The notes: a model not told the origin generated them from the letters alone. A DNA stretch of 24,000 nucleotides from Prochlorococcus sp. AG-409-K04 (GCA_003215555.1 QCKE01000012.1:16633-40632); one strand, 5' to 3'; shown: positions 1 to 10,335, counted from the first letter of the stretch. Numbers and translations: made by a program.

Positions 1-93
1 AATTGGTTAGATTTTATAAGAAGCTACTAACTTGTTTTTTATTTTGAACTTGCATCACGCAGGGCGCAGTTTTTACTGGTTTTCACTTATGTT

Positions 94-2772
94 ATGTCGG
101 TTGCACGAGCGATGTCAAATTTTCAAATGAAACCTCTTACCGGAGATGAGATAAGGACTGCTTTTTTGAATTTTTTTGAGCAGCGCAATCATAAAGTTCT
201 ACCAAGTGCATCATTAGTACCTGATGATCCCACTGTTTTGCTTACGATTGCAGGAATGCTTCCTTTTAAGCCTGTTTTTCTGGGTCATGAAAAAAGGCCA
301 TCAAAGAGAGCAACAACTAGTCAGAAATGTATAAGAACAAATGATATTGAGAATGTAGGGAAGACGGCCCGACATCATACTTTTTTTGAGATGTTGGGAA
401 ATTTTTCTTTTGGTGATTATTTTAAGAAAGAAGCAATTGAATGGGCCTGGGAATTAAGTACGAATATCTTTGGCTTAGACCCAAAACATCTAGTGGTCAG
501 TGTATTTCGTGAAGATAAAGAAGCGGAAGATATATGGAGAGATGTGGTGGGGGTAGATCCACATCGCATCATTAAAATGGATGAGGCTGATAATTTTTGG
601 TCTTCTGGTCCTACGGGACCTTGTGGTCCTTGTTCAGAACTGTATTACGATTTCCACCCAGAACTTGGGGATATCAAGATTGATTTGGAAGATGATAGTC
701 GATTTATTGAATTTTATAATTTAGTTTTTATGCAATACAATCGTGATTCAGATGGAACATTGACATCACTTGCAAATTGTAATATCGATACCGGGATGGG
801 ACTTGAGAGAATGGCCCAAATCTTACAGGGAGTCCCTAATAATTACGAAACTGATTTGATGTTCCCACTTATTCAGAAAGTTGCATCTTTAATAGGAGTT
901 AATTATAAGCATATTGACGAGAAAAATAAGATATCTTTTAAAGTTATAGCGGATCATATTCGAGCATGTGTTCATATGGTGAGCGATGGAGTTTTGGCAA
1001 CTAATTTAGGTCGTGGGTATGTTTTGAGACGCTTACTCAGACGCATTGTTAGACATGGTCGTTTGCTCGGAATTCATGGCTTTTTTCTTAAAGAAGTTGC
1101 TGAGGTAGCAATTGATCTCATGAAGATTTCATATCCACAATTATTAACAAGACGCCAACAAATTTTCAATGAACTGCAAAGGGAGGAAGCTCGTTTTTTA
1201 GAAACGTTAGAGAGAGGAGAGAAAATGTTGGAAGACTTATTGGCTGATAATTCAGGTCAAATATCTGGATATCAGGCATTTGAATTATATGATACATATG
1301 GTTTTCCTATTGAATTGACAGAAGAAATTGCTCAGGAGAAGTTTGTTTCAGTAGATATTAAAGGTTTTCAAAAGGCTATGGAGAAACAAAGAGAGAGAGC
1401 TAAAGCTGCTAGTACTACAATAGATTTAACGATTCAAGATAGTCTTGAGAAGATAGTGAATGGTTTTGATGAAACTAATTTTGTGGGCTATAAAAAATTT
1501 GAAGAATCAAGTAAGGTTCAGGCAATAGTTATTGATGGCGTTATATCAAACAAATGTGGGGATGGGGATAGAATAGATATAATTCTTGAATCAACTCCTT
1601 TTTATGGTGAAGGAGGCGGCCAAATTGGTGATCGAGGCCTTCTTGTGTCAGTTGGCTCAACCAACATTCCATGCGAGATTGAGATCGATGATGTGCGTCG
1701 TATCAAGGGATCTTTTGTTCACTCTGGCCTTGTAAAAAATGGGATTCTAAATGTAGGTGATATTGTAAATTGTAAGGTAGATAATTACAGCAGAAGATGT
1801 ATTCAAGCTAATCATACATCTACTCATTTATTACAATCTGCTTTAAAGAGTGTAGTTGATTCAGATATTAGTCAAGCAGGTTCATTAGTTGGTTTTGATA
1901 GATTACGATTTGACTTTCATTCTTCACGCCCAATATCATTAGAAGAATTAGATAAAGTAGAGAAAATAATAAATGATTGGATTTCTGAGGGACATAATTT
2001 GTCGGTTACTGAAATGTCACTGTCTGAAGCTAGAGCTGCTGGTGCAATAGCAATGTTTGGTGAAAAGTATGGCGATATAGTTAGAGTTGTTGATGTTCCA
2101 GGAGTTTCAATGGAACTTTGTGGAGGTACCCATGTAGCCAATACAACGGAGATTGGTATTTTTAAAATCATTAGTGAAATTGGTATTGCTGCAGGTGTTC
2201 GTCGTATTGAAGCTATATCTGGTCAAGGTGCTTTGGAATATTTAAATGCTAGAGATTCAGTTGTTAGAACTTTAACCGATCGATTAAAGGTGCAATCGGA
2301 TCAAATTGTTGATCGTGTAATTACTTTGCAGAATGAAGTGAAATCTTTAAATAAATTGCTTGAGAAATTGCAAGAAGAAGTTGCCTCTTCTAAGGCTTTG
2401 GCACTAGTAACTAATGCGATCTTGATAGGGGATGTGTCATGTATTTTTGAACGTTTTGATGGTATGTCTGGTGATGCATTGCAATCTGCTGCAAAGACTT
2501 TGGTTGAGACATTAGGCCCGTCTTCGGTTGTGGTGTTAGGAGGGATGCCAGATCTTGCTGATAATAATAAAGTTGTTTTAGTTGCTGCTTTTAGTTCAGA
2601 AGTGATTAATCAAGGATTGCATGCTGGAAAGTTTCTTGGACCTGTAGCAAAATTATGCGGCGGTGGCGGTGGTGGTCGCCCAAGCTTGGCACAGGCTGGA
2701 GGGAGAGATGTGCAATCTCTGGATGCAGCTTTGGATTTTGCTAGCGATCAACTACGTAAATTGTTGAGTTGA
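94..2772 (+). CDS. alaS: Alanine--tRNA ligase (AlaRS)
   Basis: 892-aa ORF with the class II AlaRS N-terminus (LTGDEIRTAFLNFFEQRNHKVLPSASLVPDDPTVLLTIAGM..FKP). It has the editing-domain HxxxH motif (NHTSTHLL), CGGTH, and a C-terminal Gly-rich GGGGGGRP DHHA1-type tail. An in-frame ATG at 112 (MSNFQMKPLTGDE) is an alternative start. Confidence 0.95.
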   Translation: MSVARAMSNFQMKPLTGDEIRTAFLNFFEQRNHKVLPSASLVPDDPTVLLTIAGMLPFKPVFLGHEKRPSKRATTSQKCIRTNDIENVGKTARHHTFFEMLGNFSFGDYFKKEAIEWAWELSTNIFGLDPKHLVVSVFREDKEAEDIWRDVVGVDPHRIIKMDEADNFWSSGPTGPCGPCSELYYDFHPELGDIKIDLEDDSRFIEFYNLVFMQYNRDSDGTLTSLANCNIDTGMGLERMAQILQGVPNNYETDLMFPLIQKVASLIGVNYKHIDEKNKISFKVIADHIRACVHMVSDGVLATNLGRGYVLRRLLRRIVRHGRLLGIHGFFLKEVAEVAIDLMKISYPQLLTRRQQIFNELQREEARFLETLERGEKMLEDLLADNSGQISGYQAFELYDTYGFPIELTEEIAQEKFVSVDIKGFQKAMEKQRERAKAASTTIDLTIQDSLEKIVNGFDETNFVGYKKFEESSKVQAIVIDGVISNKCGDGDRIDIILESTPFYGEGGGQIGDRGLLVSVGSTNIPCEIEIDDVRRIKGSFVHSGLVKNGILNVGDIVNCKVDNYSRRCIQANHTSTHLLQSALKSVVDSDISQAGSLVGFDRLRFDFHSSRPISLEELDKVEKIINDWISEGHNLSVTEMSLSEARAAGAIAMFGEKYGDIVRVVDVPGVSMELCGGTHVANTTEIGIFKIISEIGIAAGVRRIEAISGQGALEYLNARDSVVRTLTDRLKVQSDQIVDRVITLQNEVKSLNKLLEKLQEEVASSKALALVTNAILIGDVSCIFERFDGMSGDALQSAAKTLVETLGPSSVVVLGGMPDLADNNKVVLVAAFSSEVINQGLHAGKFLGPVAKLCGGGGGGRPSLAQAGGRDVQSLDAALDFASDQLRKLLS

Positions 2773-2774
2773 TC

Positions 2775-4724
2775 TTATTCTTGTAGATATGTACTTTTAC
2801 GTAAGCTTATTTCTATATGTTCTATAAACCGTTGTGCATCATTAATATTTAAAGTCTTATGTTGGATGGCTGATTCAGTGGCAATCCTTAGTTTTTCAAG
2901 GAGTTGTTCAGAATTATATTCGACGGCATGAAGTACATCCCTTTTAGTATTTCCTTTAACAACATGTTTGAGTTTGTAGCGACCCTTTTGCGTTAATCGA
3001 ATATGGATTGCATTAGTACTTCCAAATAGATTATGAAGATTGCCCATAATTTCTTGATAGGCACCACCTAGAAACATACCTACCCAATAATTTTTGCCTG
3101 GCTTCATTTCATGTAATTCCAGTAAATTTTTTATATTGCCATTATTAATAAATTGAGTGAATTTTCCATCAGAATCACATGTAAGATCAGCAAAATGACC
3201 TAATTTACAAGGCCTTTCATTCAATCGATGTATGGGCATAATTGGAAAAAGCTGATTGATTGCCCAAGTATCTGGTGCAGAACGAAAAATCGATATATTT
3301 GCATAATAGGTAGCGGCAAGGGCAGAATTTAAGGCTTTAAGTTCTTCTGGTATTAGGGTTGTATTTGAGAGATTAGAAGTTATTTTTTTTGCACATGCCC
3401 AGGTAAGTTGTTCAGCGGTTGCACGAGTTGTGAGATCGATAAATCCAAGTCTAAATGCAGCGAGTGCATCTTCTTTGAATTTCAGTGCGTCATTCCATGC
3501 TTCTTGCAATTTAGATACATCTAATTTGCTTTTTGCACAGATGTCATCAAGGGCGTTTAACGTGTCACGAAGATTTTCAACTATTAAGTATTCATTATTG
3601 GTTCTTTTAGGAATATCAATTGGAACGGAGCTGGTTCCTAAGATATTAAATATTAATATGGAAAAATGGCTACAAATATTGCGCCCACTTTCAGTAATTA
3701 GCCTAGGAACTTCGATTTGATTTGTTTTGCAACATTCTTGAATTGTGGCTACTACATCATTGGCATAATTTTGTAAAGAATAATTAGTTGATGCAGCAGT
3801 AGCTGTTCGACTACCATCATAGTCAATTCCTAATCCACCACCTACATCTAGGTAGCCCATTGGTGCCCCTAAACGTTTTAATTCAATGTAAATTTGCCCC
3901 GCTTCTTGCAATGCATTTTTAAGTACAGAAATATCATTAATTTGACTGCCGAGATGAAAATGAAGCAAAATTAATTCGTCTAGTAAACCTGAATCTTTTA
4001 AAAGGTTGACTGCGTGAAGAATTTCTGGGATGGAGAGTCCAAACTTTGATTTGTCTCCAGTGGAAGCTTCCCACTTTCCGCTACTTTGGCTTGATAGTTT
4101 TGCTCTTATTCCAATTAATGGTGCAGCATTAAGATGTTTGCTAGCCGAAATAATACCTTGAACTTCATTCAATTGTTCGATGACAACGATTGGTTTTTTC
4201 TTGAGTTGACGTGCCAGTATTGAAGTTTCTATATAACGATTGTCTTTATACCCATTGCAAATTATAAGAGCTTCAGGATTATCAATCATGGATAATGCAA
4301 TTAAGAGTTCTGCTTTACTTCCTGCTTCTAATCCAAAGTTCCATTGCTTTCCAATAGCAATGATTTCTTCTATCACATGGCGTTGCTGATTACATTTTAT
4401 TGGAAATACTCCTTGATATCTATTTTTGTAGTCGTATTTGTGAATTGCATCTTCAAAAGCGTGATGTAGTTTTTTAAGTCTATCTTCAAGAATGTCGTCG
4501 AATCGTAGTAACAGTGGAGGAGTTAAATTTCTGTCCTTTAATTCGTCTAACAAATGCGTTAGATCTAAACTGTTTTCTTTACTACCTTGGGGGTTAACAT
4601 TGATATTGCCTGCATCATTGATAGAGAAATAGTTATCTCCCCAGCGTTCTAAACCATATAATTCTGCACTATCCTTTATAGTCCAAGTGGTTTTTTCATG
4701 ATTTGTATGCGGCGATTGGTTCAA
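2775..4724 (-). CDS. speA: Biosynthetic arginine decarboxylase (PLP-dependent)
   Basis: 649-aa ORF with SpeA hallmarks: WTIKDSAELYGLERWG..YF near the N-terminus, the FPIKCNQQRHV PLP-lysine region, and YLDVGGGLGIDYDGS. The start codon is TTG at 4724-4722, with no in-frame ATG nearby. Confidence 0.93.
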   Translation of the reverse strand: MNQSPHTNHEKTTWTIKDSAELYGLERWGDNYFSINDAGNINVNPQGSKENSLDLTHLLDELKDRNLTPPLLLRFDDILEDRLKKLHHAFEDAIHKYDYKNRYQGVFPIKCNQQRHVIEEIIAIGKQWNFGLEAGSKAELLIALSMIDNPEALIICNGYKDNRYIETSILARQLKKKPIVVIEQLNEVQGIISASKHLNAAPLIGIRAKLSSQSSGKWEASTGDKSKFGLSIPEILHAVNLLKDSGLLDELILLHFHLGSQINDISVLKNALQEAGQIYIELKRLGAPMGYLDVGGGLGIDYDGSRTATAASTNYSLQNYANDVVATIQECCKTNQIEVPRLITESGRNICSHFSILIFNILGTSSVPIDIPKRTNNEYLIVENLRDTLNALDDICAKSKLDVSKLQEAWNDALKFKEDALAAFRLGFIDLTTRATAEQLTWACAKKITSNLSNTTLIPEELKALNSALAATYYANISIFRSAPDTWAINQLFPIMPIHRLNERPCKLGHFADLTCDSDGKFTQFINNGNIKNLLELHEMKPGKNYWVGMFLGGAYQEIMGNLHNLFGSTNAIHIRLTQKGRYKLKHVVKGNTKRDVLHAVEYNSEQLLEKLRIATESAIQHKTLNINDAQRFIEHIEISLRKSTYLQE

Positions 4725-4874
4725 GATTTAAAAAGGATAGGTATGGTTTGAAATCAAGTAAAAATTGATTTCTTTGCGATGCAGTCTAAAAAAGTTATAT
4801 CCAATCCTATTCTTTAGCTTGCCAAGAGGGTACTTTTCAGAAGACGATAGCCCAAGAATAAATTCATTTCTTTT

Positions 4875-5333
4875 ATGGTTGTTGAAAGAACTTTCCTTGC
4901 AATTAAACCCGATGGAGTGCAAAGGGGGTTGATTGGTGAGATTTTAGGACGTTTTGAGCGTAAAGGTTTTAAGCTCGTCGCGTTAAAACAGTTAATTCCA
5001 AGTAAAGAGTTAGCTGAAAAGCATTATGGGGTTCATAAAGAACGGCCTTTTTTTGGTGGTTTAGTAGATTTTATTACAAGTGGACCTGTGGTTGCAATGG
5101 TTTGGGAAGGTGATGGAGTTATTGCAAGTGCTAGAAATATGATAGGAGCAACTAAACCTTTGGAAGCACTGCCAGGAACTATTAGAGGAGATTTAGCTAT
5201 AAATATTGGACGCAATGTCATTCATGGATCAGATGGTGAAGAAACCGCAAAATTTGAGATTAGTTTGTGGTTTACTCTTGATGAACTGAATGATTGGAAT
5301 CCATCTGATCAGATTTGGAGAGTGGAGCAATAA
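4875..5333 (+). CDS. ndk: Nucleoside diphosphate kinase
   Basis: 152-aa ORF: [32 protein letters not shown], with the active-site NVIHGSD motif. ATG start. Confidence 0.95.
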   Translation: MVVERTFLAIKPDGVQRGLIGEILGRFERKGFKLVALKQLIPSKELAEKHYGVHKERPFFGGLVDFITSGPVVAMVWEGDGVIASARNMIGATKPLEALPGTIRGDLAINIGRNVIHGSDGEETAKFEISLWFTLDELNDWNPSDQIWRVEQ

Positions 5334-5355
5334 CAGGCTTTGTAAAAAAATTATT

Positions 5356-6471
5356 TTATTGGAAATTGCTGAATCGCTTCCATTCGAATGCTACTAGTAG
5401 GTCATGTTCAAGTTTTGTGAGCGATTCTTTGCAAATAGTTTTTGTAAGTAAATTGGCTGTGATAGCAGCTAAAAGTACACCATTTCGGTAATGTCCTGAG
5501 GCTATCCAAAGCCCTTTTATAGAGGATGATCCAAGGATAGGAGCTTCATCTGGCGTGCATGGTCGAAATCCCCACCAGCGTTCCATGTGTGGCCAAGATT
5601 TTGTGATGGGTAGCAAGGAATTAAGACCTTTTTGAAGCTTAAGTTGACCATTAGGTGTTAATCCTTCTGTAAATCCAGCATTTCTTTCACTGGTCGCACC
5701 AACGATGATTAGTCCATCATCGCGTGGGACTAAATAAATTCCTGGGCCAAATAGAATACGTTTTAATGCATCTTTAGGACCTTGAATTGAAAACATTTGT
5801 CCTTTGATTGGAAAAATTGGTAGTTCAGTTAAAAGATTTTGACTCCAAGCCCCAGAGCATAAGACTGCTTTAGGGCAATTGATTTTTTGTAGTTTTCCCT
5901 CAGCTGTTTTTATCAACACCCCACAAAACACGTTTTTCTCGTGGAGTATCTCTAATACTTCAATGCCTTCTTGGAAGCCAACTCCTAATTCCACACAAGC
6001 TTTTTCAAGAGCTCTCATTAGTCTTCTTCGATTATCGATTTGCCCATCTTGTTCAAACAGTAACCCTGTTTTCCATTGAGATGAAATACCTGGTATTTCT
6101 TTTTCCAAATCACATCGATTAAGTAATTCCCCCAGAGCACAAGTTGGGTATTTGTTTCTATCTTCAACGCTTAAAAAAGGAACTATTATTCCAGTATTTC
6201 TGAGCCCACATTTAATACCACTGTCACTTTCGATTGTTTGTACCCATTTAGGGATTTGTTTCAGACTTTCTTGTCCAATAGTTAAAAGATGTCCAGTCAA
6301 CCCTTCTGCGTGTGGTGCAAGCATTCCAGCTGCGACAAAACCTGCAGCCTCATTTCTTCTGCGACTTAATACTTCCACTGCATATCCTTTTTTAGCCAAT
6401 GAATGAGCAATAGATAAGCCAATCAATCCGCCACCCAGGACTAGTAATGTATTCGTGCTGGATAACGCCAT
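5356..6471 (-). CDS. thiO: FAD-dependent glycine oxidase (ThiO-type thiamine biosynthesis oxidoreductase)
   Basis: 371-aa ORF with an N-terminal Rossmann GxGxxG (LVLGGGLIGLSIAHSLAKKG). AAGMLAPHAEG is typical of the ThiO/DAO family. The exact substrate is assigned by family resemblance only. Confidence 0.8.
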   Translation of the reverse strand: MALSSTNTLLVLGGGLIGLSIAHSLAKKGYAVEVLSRRRNEAAGFVAAGMLAPHAEGLTGHLLTIGQESLKQIPKWVQTIESDSGIKCGLRNTGIIVPFLSVEDRNKYPTCALGELLNRCDLEKEIPGISSQWKTGLLFEQDGQIDNRRRLMRALEKACVELGVGFQEGIEVLEILHEKNVFCGVLIKTAEGKLQKINCPKAVLCSGAWSQNLLTELPIFPIKGQMFSIQGPKDALKRILFGPGIYLVPRDDGLIIVGATSERNAGFTEGLTPNGQLKLQKGLNSLLPITKSWPHMERWWGFRPCTPDEAPILGSSSIKGLWIASGHYRNGVLLAAITANLLTKTICKESLTKLEHDLLVAFEWKRFSNFQ

Positions 6472-6574
6472 TCGTTTGATCTTCTATTACTAATTTTGAG
6501 TCTTATTGATCAAGATGTCTATCCAATCGGTTGTTTTTTTCCATAGGATGTATGTAGAAACTGTAATTTAAGAA

Positions 6575-8050
6575 ATGACCGAAGCTAAAGTTGAGTGGGA
6601 ACCTGTAATTGGCTTAGAAACGCATGTTCAGTTAGCAACTAAAAGCAAAATATTTACTTCAGCCTCTACAAGTTTTGGTAATGAGCCCAATACTCATATT
6701 GATCCCATTGTTTGTGGTCTTCCTGGAACTTTACCAGTTTTAAATAAAAAGGTTCTTGAATATGCTGTTAAAGCTGCAATGGCTCTAAATCTCAAAATTG
6801 CAAAACATTGCAAGTTTGATAGAAAGCAATATTTTTATCCTGATCTTCCTAAAAATTATCAAATTTCTCAATTTGATGAGCCAATTGCCGAAGAAGGTTG
6901 GATAGAAGTGGAAGTTGCAGAAAAAGGTAAAGAAACTTATATCAAAAAGATAGGTATTGAGAGATTACACATGGAAGAAGATGCGGGAAAATTAGTACAT
7001 GCGGGAAGTGATCGTTTGGCAGGTTCTACTCATTCTTTAGTAGATTACAATCGAGCTGGTGTTCCTTTGGCGGAAATTGTTAGTAAGCCAGATTTGAGGA
7101 CTGGAAGAGAAGCATCTGAATATGCTTCTGAAATAAGACGAATAGTTCGGTATTTGGGTGTATCTGATGGAAATATGCAGGAAGGCTCTTTGAGGTGTGA
7201 TGTAAATATCTCGGTTAGGCGTGGTCCGAATGCTCCCTTCGGAACCAAAGTAGAAATTAAAAATATGAATTCATTTTCTGCTATTCAAAAGGCATGTGAA
7301 TATGAAATTAAACGTCAAATTCAAACATATGAAAATGGTGGAACAGTATTACAAGAAACTCGACTTTGGGATGAATCTAAACAGCTTACAAAAAGCATGA
7401 GATCTAAAGAAGGGAGTAGTGATTATAGATATTTTCCAGACCCTGATTTAGGCCCAATAGAAGTTAGCCAAGAATTACAAGAAAAATGGAGATCCGAGTT
7501 ACCTGAATTACCTTCTGCTAAACGGCATAGATATGTCGATGAATTTGCTCTTTCTATGTATGACGCACGAGTGTTAACTGATGATCACAATATGGCGAGA
7601 TATTTTGAAAAGGTCGTTTTATCTGGTTCTGATGCGAAACAAGCTTCGAATTGGATCACAGGAGCACTTGCTTCTTATGTGAATGCGCAAAAGATTGGCT
7701 TCCAACAGCTTTTGCTTTCTCCTGAAAATTTAGCAGAAATGATTGAATTGATTGTTACAAATAAAATAAGTGGCAAAATTGCTAAAGAAATTTTACCTGA
7801 ACTTCTTCAAAAGGGTGGATCTCCTCTGGAAATTGTTGAGAATAGAGGCTTAGGAATGATTAGTGATCCATTAGTTATTGAAAAGATTGTTAATGAATTA
7901 TTAGTTGCACATCCCAAGGAAGTGGACTCATTTCGTGCTGGAAAGAAAAAACTACAAGGATTTTTTGTAGGTCAATTGATGAAAAAAACAAGTGGTAAAG
8001 CTGACCCAAAATTGGCCAACCAAATTCTTACGAAGAAACTTCAGGGATAG
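6575..8050 (+). CDS. gatB: Asp/Glu-tRNA(Asn/Gln) amidotransferase subunit B
   Basis: 491-aa ORF: WEPVIGLETHVQL.T.SKIF, the QYFYPDLPKNYQISQ motif, RCDVNISVR, and a C-terminal GatB/YqeY domain (KKLQGFFVGQLMKKTSGKADPK). Confidence 0.95.
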   Translation: MTEAKVEWEPVIGLETHVQLATKSKIFTSASTSFGNEPNTHIDPIVCGLPGTLPVLNKKVLEYAVKAAMALNLKIAKHCKFDRKQYFYPDLPKNYQISQFDEPIAEEGWIEVEVAEKGKETYIKKIGIERLHMEEDAGKLVHAGSDRLAGSTHSLVDYNRAGVPLAEIVSKPDLRTGREASEYASEIRRIVRYLGVSDGNMQEGSLRCDVNISVRRGPNAPFGTKVEIKNMNSFSAIQKACEYEIKRQIQTYENGGTVLQETRLWDESKQLTKSMRSKEGSSDYRYFPDPDLGPIEVSQELQEKWRSELPELPSAKRHRYVDEFALSMYDARVLTDDHNMARYFEKVVLSGSDAKQASNWITGALASYVNAQKIGFQQLLLSPENLAEMIELIVTNKISGKIAKEILPELLQKGGSPLEIVENRGLGMISDPLVIEKIVNELLVAHPKEVDSFRAGKKKLQGFFVGQLMKKTSGKADPKLANQILTKKLQG

Positions 8051-8056
8051 TCACTT

Positions 8057-8686
8057 TTATAGTAATTTGTCTATTTCTTTTATAGCCTCACATAAATTAT
8101 TTGAATTATTAATGATCTTGTCAGATAAATCTAGCTTCCTGCTTATTGAAAGTTGGGATTCAATTCTACATTTTGCTTGATCAAATGTTAAGTTTTCACG
8201 ATTCATTAAGCGTTGATATTGTTGATTGGTTTTACAATATACAAGCCATATTTCTTTACACAAATAACTAAGATTAGCTTCGAATAATAATGGAATAACT
8301 AGAATAATTGTAGGAACATCCTTTTTATTATTAAGCTCCTCTATAAAGCGATTTTCTATGATTGGATGCAATAAGGATTCTAGCCATTTTCTTTCAGCTT
8401 CATTTGTAAAAATTATTTCACCTAATTCTTTTCTATTTATGGATAGCGTGGTCTTATCCTTTTGTATAACGGAATCTCCATATCTATTGATTACTTCTCT
8501 TGTTGCATCTTTATTTGGTTGTAATGCTTCTTGTGAAAAAATATCTGCATCCAGGATTGGCAATTTTTTTATAGTTTTTAAATAATTGGCAATACTACTC
8601 TTCCCACTGGCAATACCACCAGTAATACCTATTCTTCGCTGGATTCCATTCCAACGTTTTGGTGATTTGGCCTTTAAAACTTTCAG
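8057..8686 (-). CDS. coaE: Dephospho-CoA kinase. The 5' end is uncertain and a non-canonical start is required.
   Basis: The track ORF (8057..8563, TTG) lacks the P-loop. The same frame stays open upstream to a TAA at 8764-8762. It encodes RRIGITGGIASGKSSIANYLK (Walker A at about 8622-8600), the standard CoaE N-terminus. No ATG, GTG or TTG lies in frame between 8564 and 8761. Candidate starts are CTG 8686, CTG 8698, ATC 8644 and ATA 8632. The end coordinate given is the CTG 8686 candidate. Confidence 0.8.
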   Translation of the reverse strand: MKVLKAKSPKRWNGIQRRIGITGGIASGKSSIANYLKTIKKLPILDADIFSQEALQPNKDATREVINRYGDSVIQKDKTTLSINRKELGEIIFTNEAERKWLESLLHPIIENRFIEELNNKKDVPTIILVIPLLFEANLSYLCKEIWLVYCKTNQQYQRLMNRENLTFDQAKCRIESQLSISRKLDLSDKIINNSNNLCEAIKEIDKLL

Positions 8687-8731
8687 AAAATATCGCAGGA
8701 TGATAAAGAGTTTACTTTCTAAGGCATTGCA

Positions 8732-9973
8732 TTGGGCGATCTTGAATCCACACTTTGGTCTTTAACTTCTGGAGGAATAACCGCTCCTTCTGGTTTTAAG
8801 GCGTCGGGAATTCGTGCTGGACTAAAAAGTTCAGATAACTTAGATCTAGCGTTAATACTTGCGCCTCATCATGCTTTGTGTGCAGGAACATTCACACAAT
8901 CAATCGTTCGTGCAAAGTGTATAGACCTCTGTAAAGAAAGATTATTGTTTTTGGATGGAAAGGTAAGAGCAATACTTATAAATTCAGGACAAGCTAACGC
9001 CTGTACTGGTGTGCGAGGCATGGAAGATAGTTTAATTGCCACAAAGGCAGTGGCTCAAAAACTAGGCATTTTGGAATCTGAGGTTTTGATTTGTTCTACT
9101 GGCGTTATTGGTGAAGCAATTCCAATGGAAAATTTATTAAAGGCTGTCAATCCTTTAGTGGATTCTTTAAGTTCTGAAGGTAGTTCCAACGCTGCTCAAG
9201 CAATATTGACAACAGATTTAAGAACTAAAGAGATTGCAATTCAAGCTAACTTGGGTCATCAATTGGTTCGAGTTGGAGGGATTGCAAAAGGCTCGGGAAT
9301 GATTCATCCAGATATGGCAACAATGCTAGCGTTTTTAACCTGTGATGTACAAGTACCTAAAGAGATCTGGGATGGGATGATTAAAAGAATTGTTGATTCA
9401 TCATTTAACGCGATCACTGTCGATGGAGATACAAGTACTAATGATTCTTTTTTAGCTTTTTCAGCAGGGAATGCGATTGAAAAGAATTTTTATCATGAAC
9501 TAGAAATAGGCTTGAATTTAGTTGCAACTTTTCTTGCTAAGTCAATTGTTAGTGATGGAGAAGGTGCCAATTGTCTTTTTGAAGTAAAGGTAAAGGGTGC
9601 GCGTAATTTTCAAGATGCTCAGTTGATTGCTAGGACAATTAGTAGTTCTGCATTGGTTAAAACAGCGGTGCATGGATGCGATCCTAATTGGGGCAGAGTT
9701 CTTGCAGCTGCAGGTAGAGCCGGAATTGAATTTGATTTAGAAGATGTTTCACTTTGGATTGGCCCTTTTCAAATAATGCAGCATGGATTGCCAGTAGATT
9801 TTGATAGACATTTAGTAGTTGATTATATGCAAAAAATTGTTCGATTAGAAAATCCGAAGAATGATATTTTATCTTTTTCGTTGTTAATAGGTTCTGGTGC
9901 TTTTGATGCTGTTTCTTGGGGATGTGATTTATCTTCAGAGTATATTCATATTAATGCCGACTATACAACTTAG
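8732..9973 (+). CDS. argJ: Bifunctional glutamate N-acetyltransferase / amino-acid acetyltransferase (ArgJ)
   Basis: 413-aa ORF: GGITAPSGFKASGI.AGLK, KGSGMIHPDMATMLAFLTCD (autoprocessing ATML site), and VHGCDPNWGR. The start is TTG at 8732, with an in-frame stop at 8720-8722 just upstream. Confidence 0.93.
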   Translation: MGDLESTLWSLTSGGITAPSGFKASGIRAGLKSSDNLDLALILAPHHALCAGTFTQSIVRAKCIDLCKERLLFLDGKVRAILINSGQANACTGVRGMEDSLIATKAVAQKLGILESEVLICSTGVIGEAIPMENLLKAVNPLVDSLSSEGSSNAAQAILTTDLRTKEIAIQANLGHQLVRVGGIAKGSGMIHPDMATMLAFLTCDVQVPKEIWDGMIKRIVDSSFNAITVDGDTSTNDSFLAFSAGNAIEKNFYHELEIGLNLVATFLAKSIVSDGEGANCLFEVKVKGARNFQDAQLIARTISSSALVKTAVHGCDPNWGRVLAAAGRAGIEFDLEDVSLWIGPFQIMQHGLPVDFDRHLVVDYMQKIVRLENPKNDILSFSLLIGSGAFDAVSWGCDLSSEYIHINADYTT

Positions 9974-10195
9974 ATATTATTGTTGTATTGATTATTTTTT
10001 ACTAAATTTTTCTAGTATCGTTGTAATTTAAGCAAATATTTGCCATAAAAAAATATATAAGGTCTAATTAATTCTTAGTATCTTCGAATAACAAAAAAAT
10101 TCTTTTTCTAAGATCTTTTAAATTTGTTAATGTTCCTGAGAGTGTATCTTTTGTTTTAATTTTTTCTGAGAGGCGAAATAACGTTTAGATTAGTT

Positions 10196-10335
10196 TTCTA
10201 GGTTCCAATGGAGATCAGTCATTGGAGGTAACGGGGAAAAGCGGTGAAAATCCGCTACTGTCCCGCAACTGTGAAGTATCGAGACTTTTCGATATCAGTC
10301 AGAATGCCCGCCTTGTAACATTCGACGAGGATCGA
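10196..10335 (+). promoter_or_regulatory. Cobalamin (B12) riboswitch, short form without a large peripheral extension
   Basis: The conserved core GGGGAAAAGCGGTGAAAATCCGCTACTGTCCCGCAACTGTGA matches the AGGGAA..GGTG.AA.TCC....C.G.CCCGC.ACTGT consensus. The B12-box-like AGTCAGAATGCCCGCC lies at about 10297-10312. An upstream hairpin is CCAATG..CATTGG, and only a short hairpin (TATCGA-GACTTT-TCGATA) separates core and B12 box. A GAGGA Shine-Dalgarno-like element lies in a small TCGA..TCGA hairpin just before the ATG at 10339. Boundaries are approximate. Confidence 0.85.

Noticed and set aside
4728-4922. 64-aa ORF on the minus strand in the speA-ndk divergent spacer
   Set aside because: It overlaps the ndk start antisense and has a low-complexity, AT-driven composition with no motif. 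It most likely occupies the shared promoter region.
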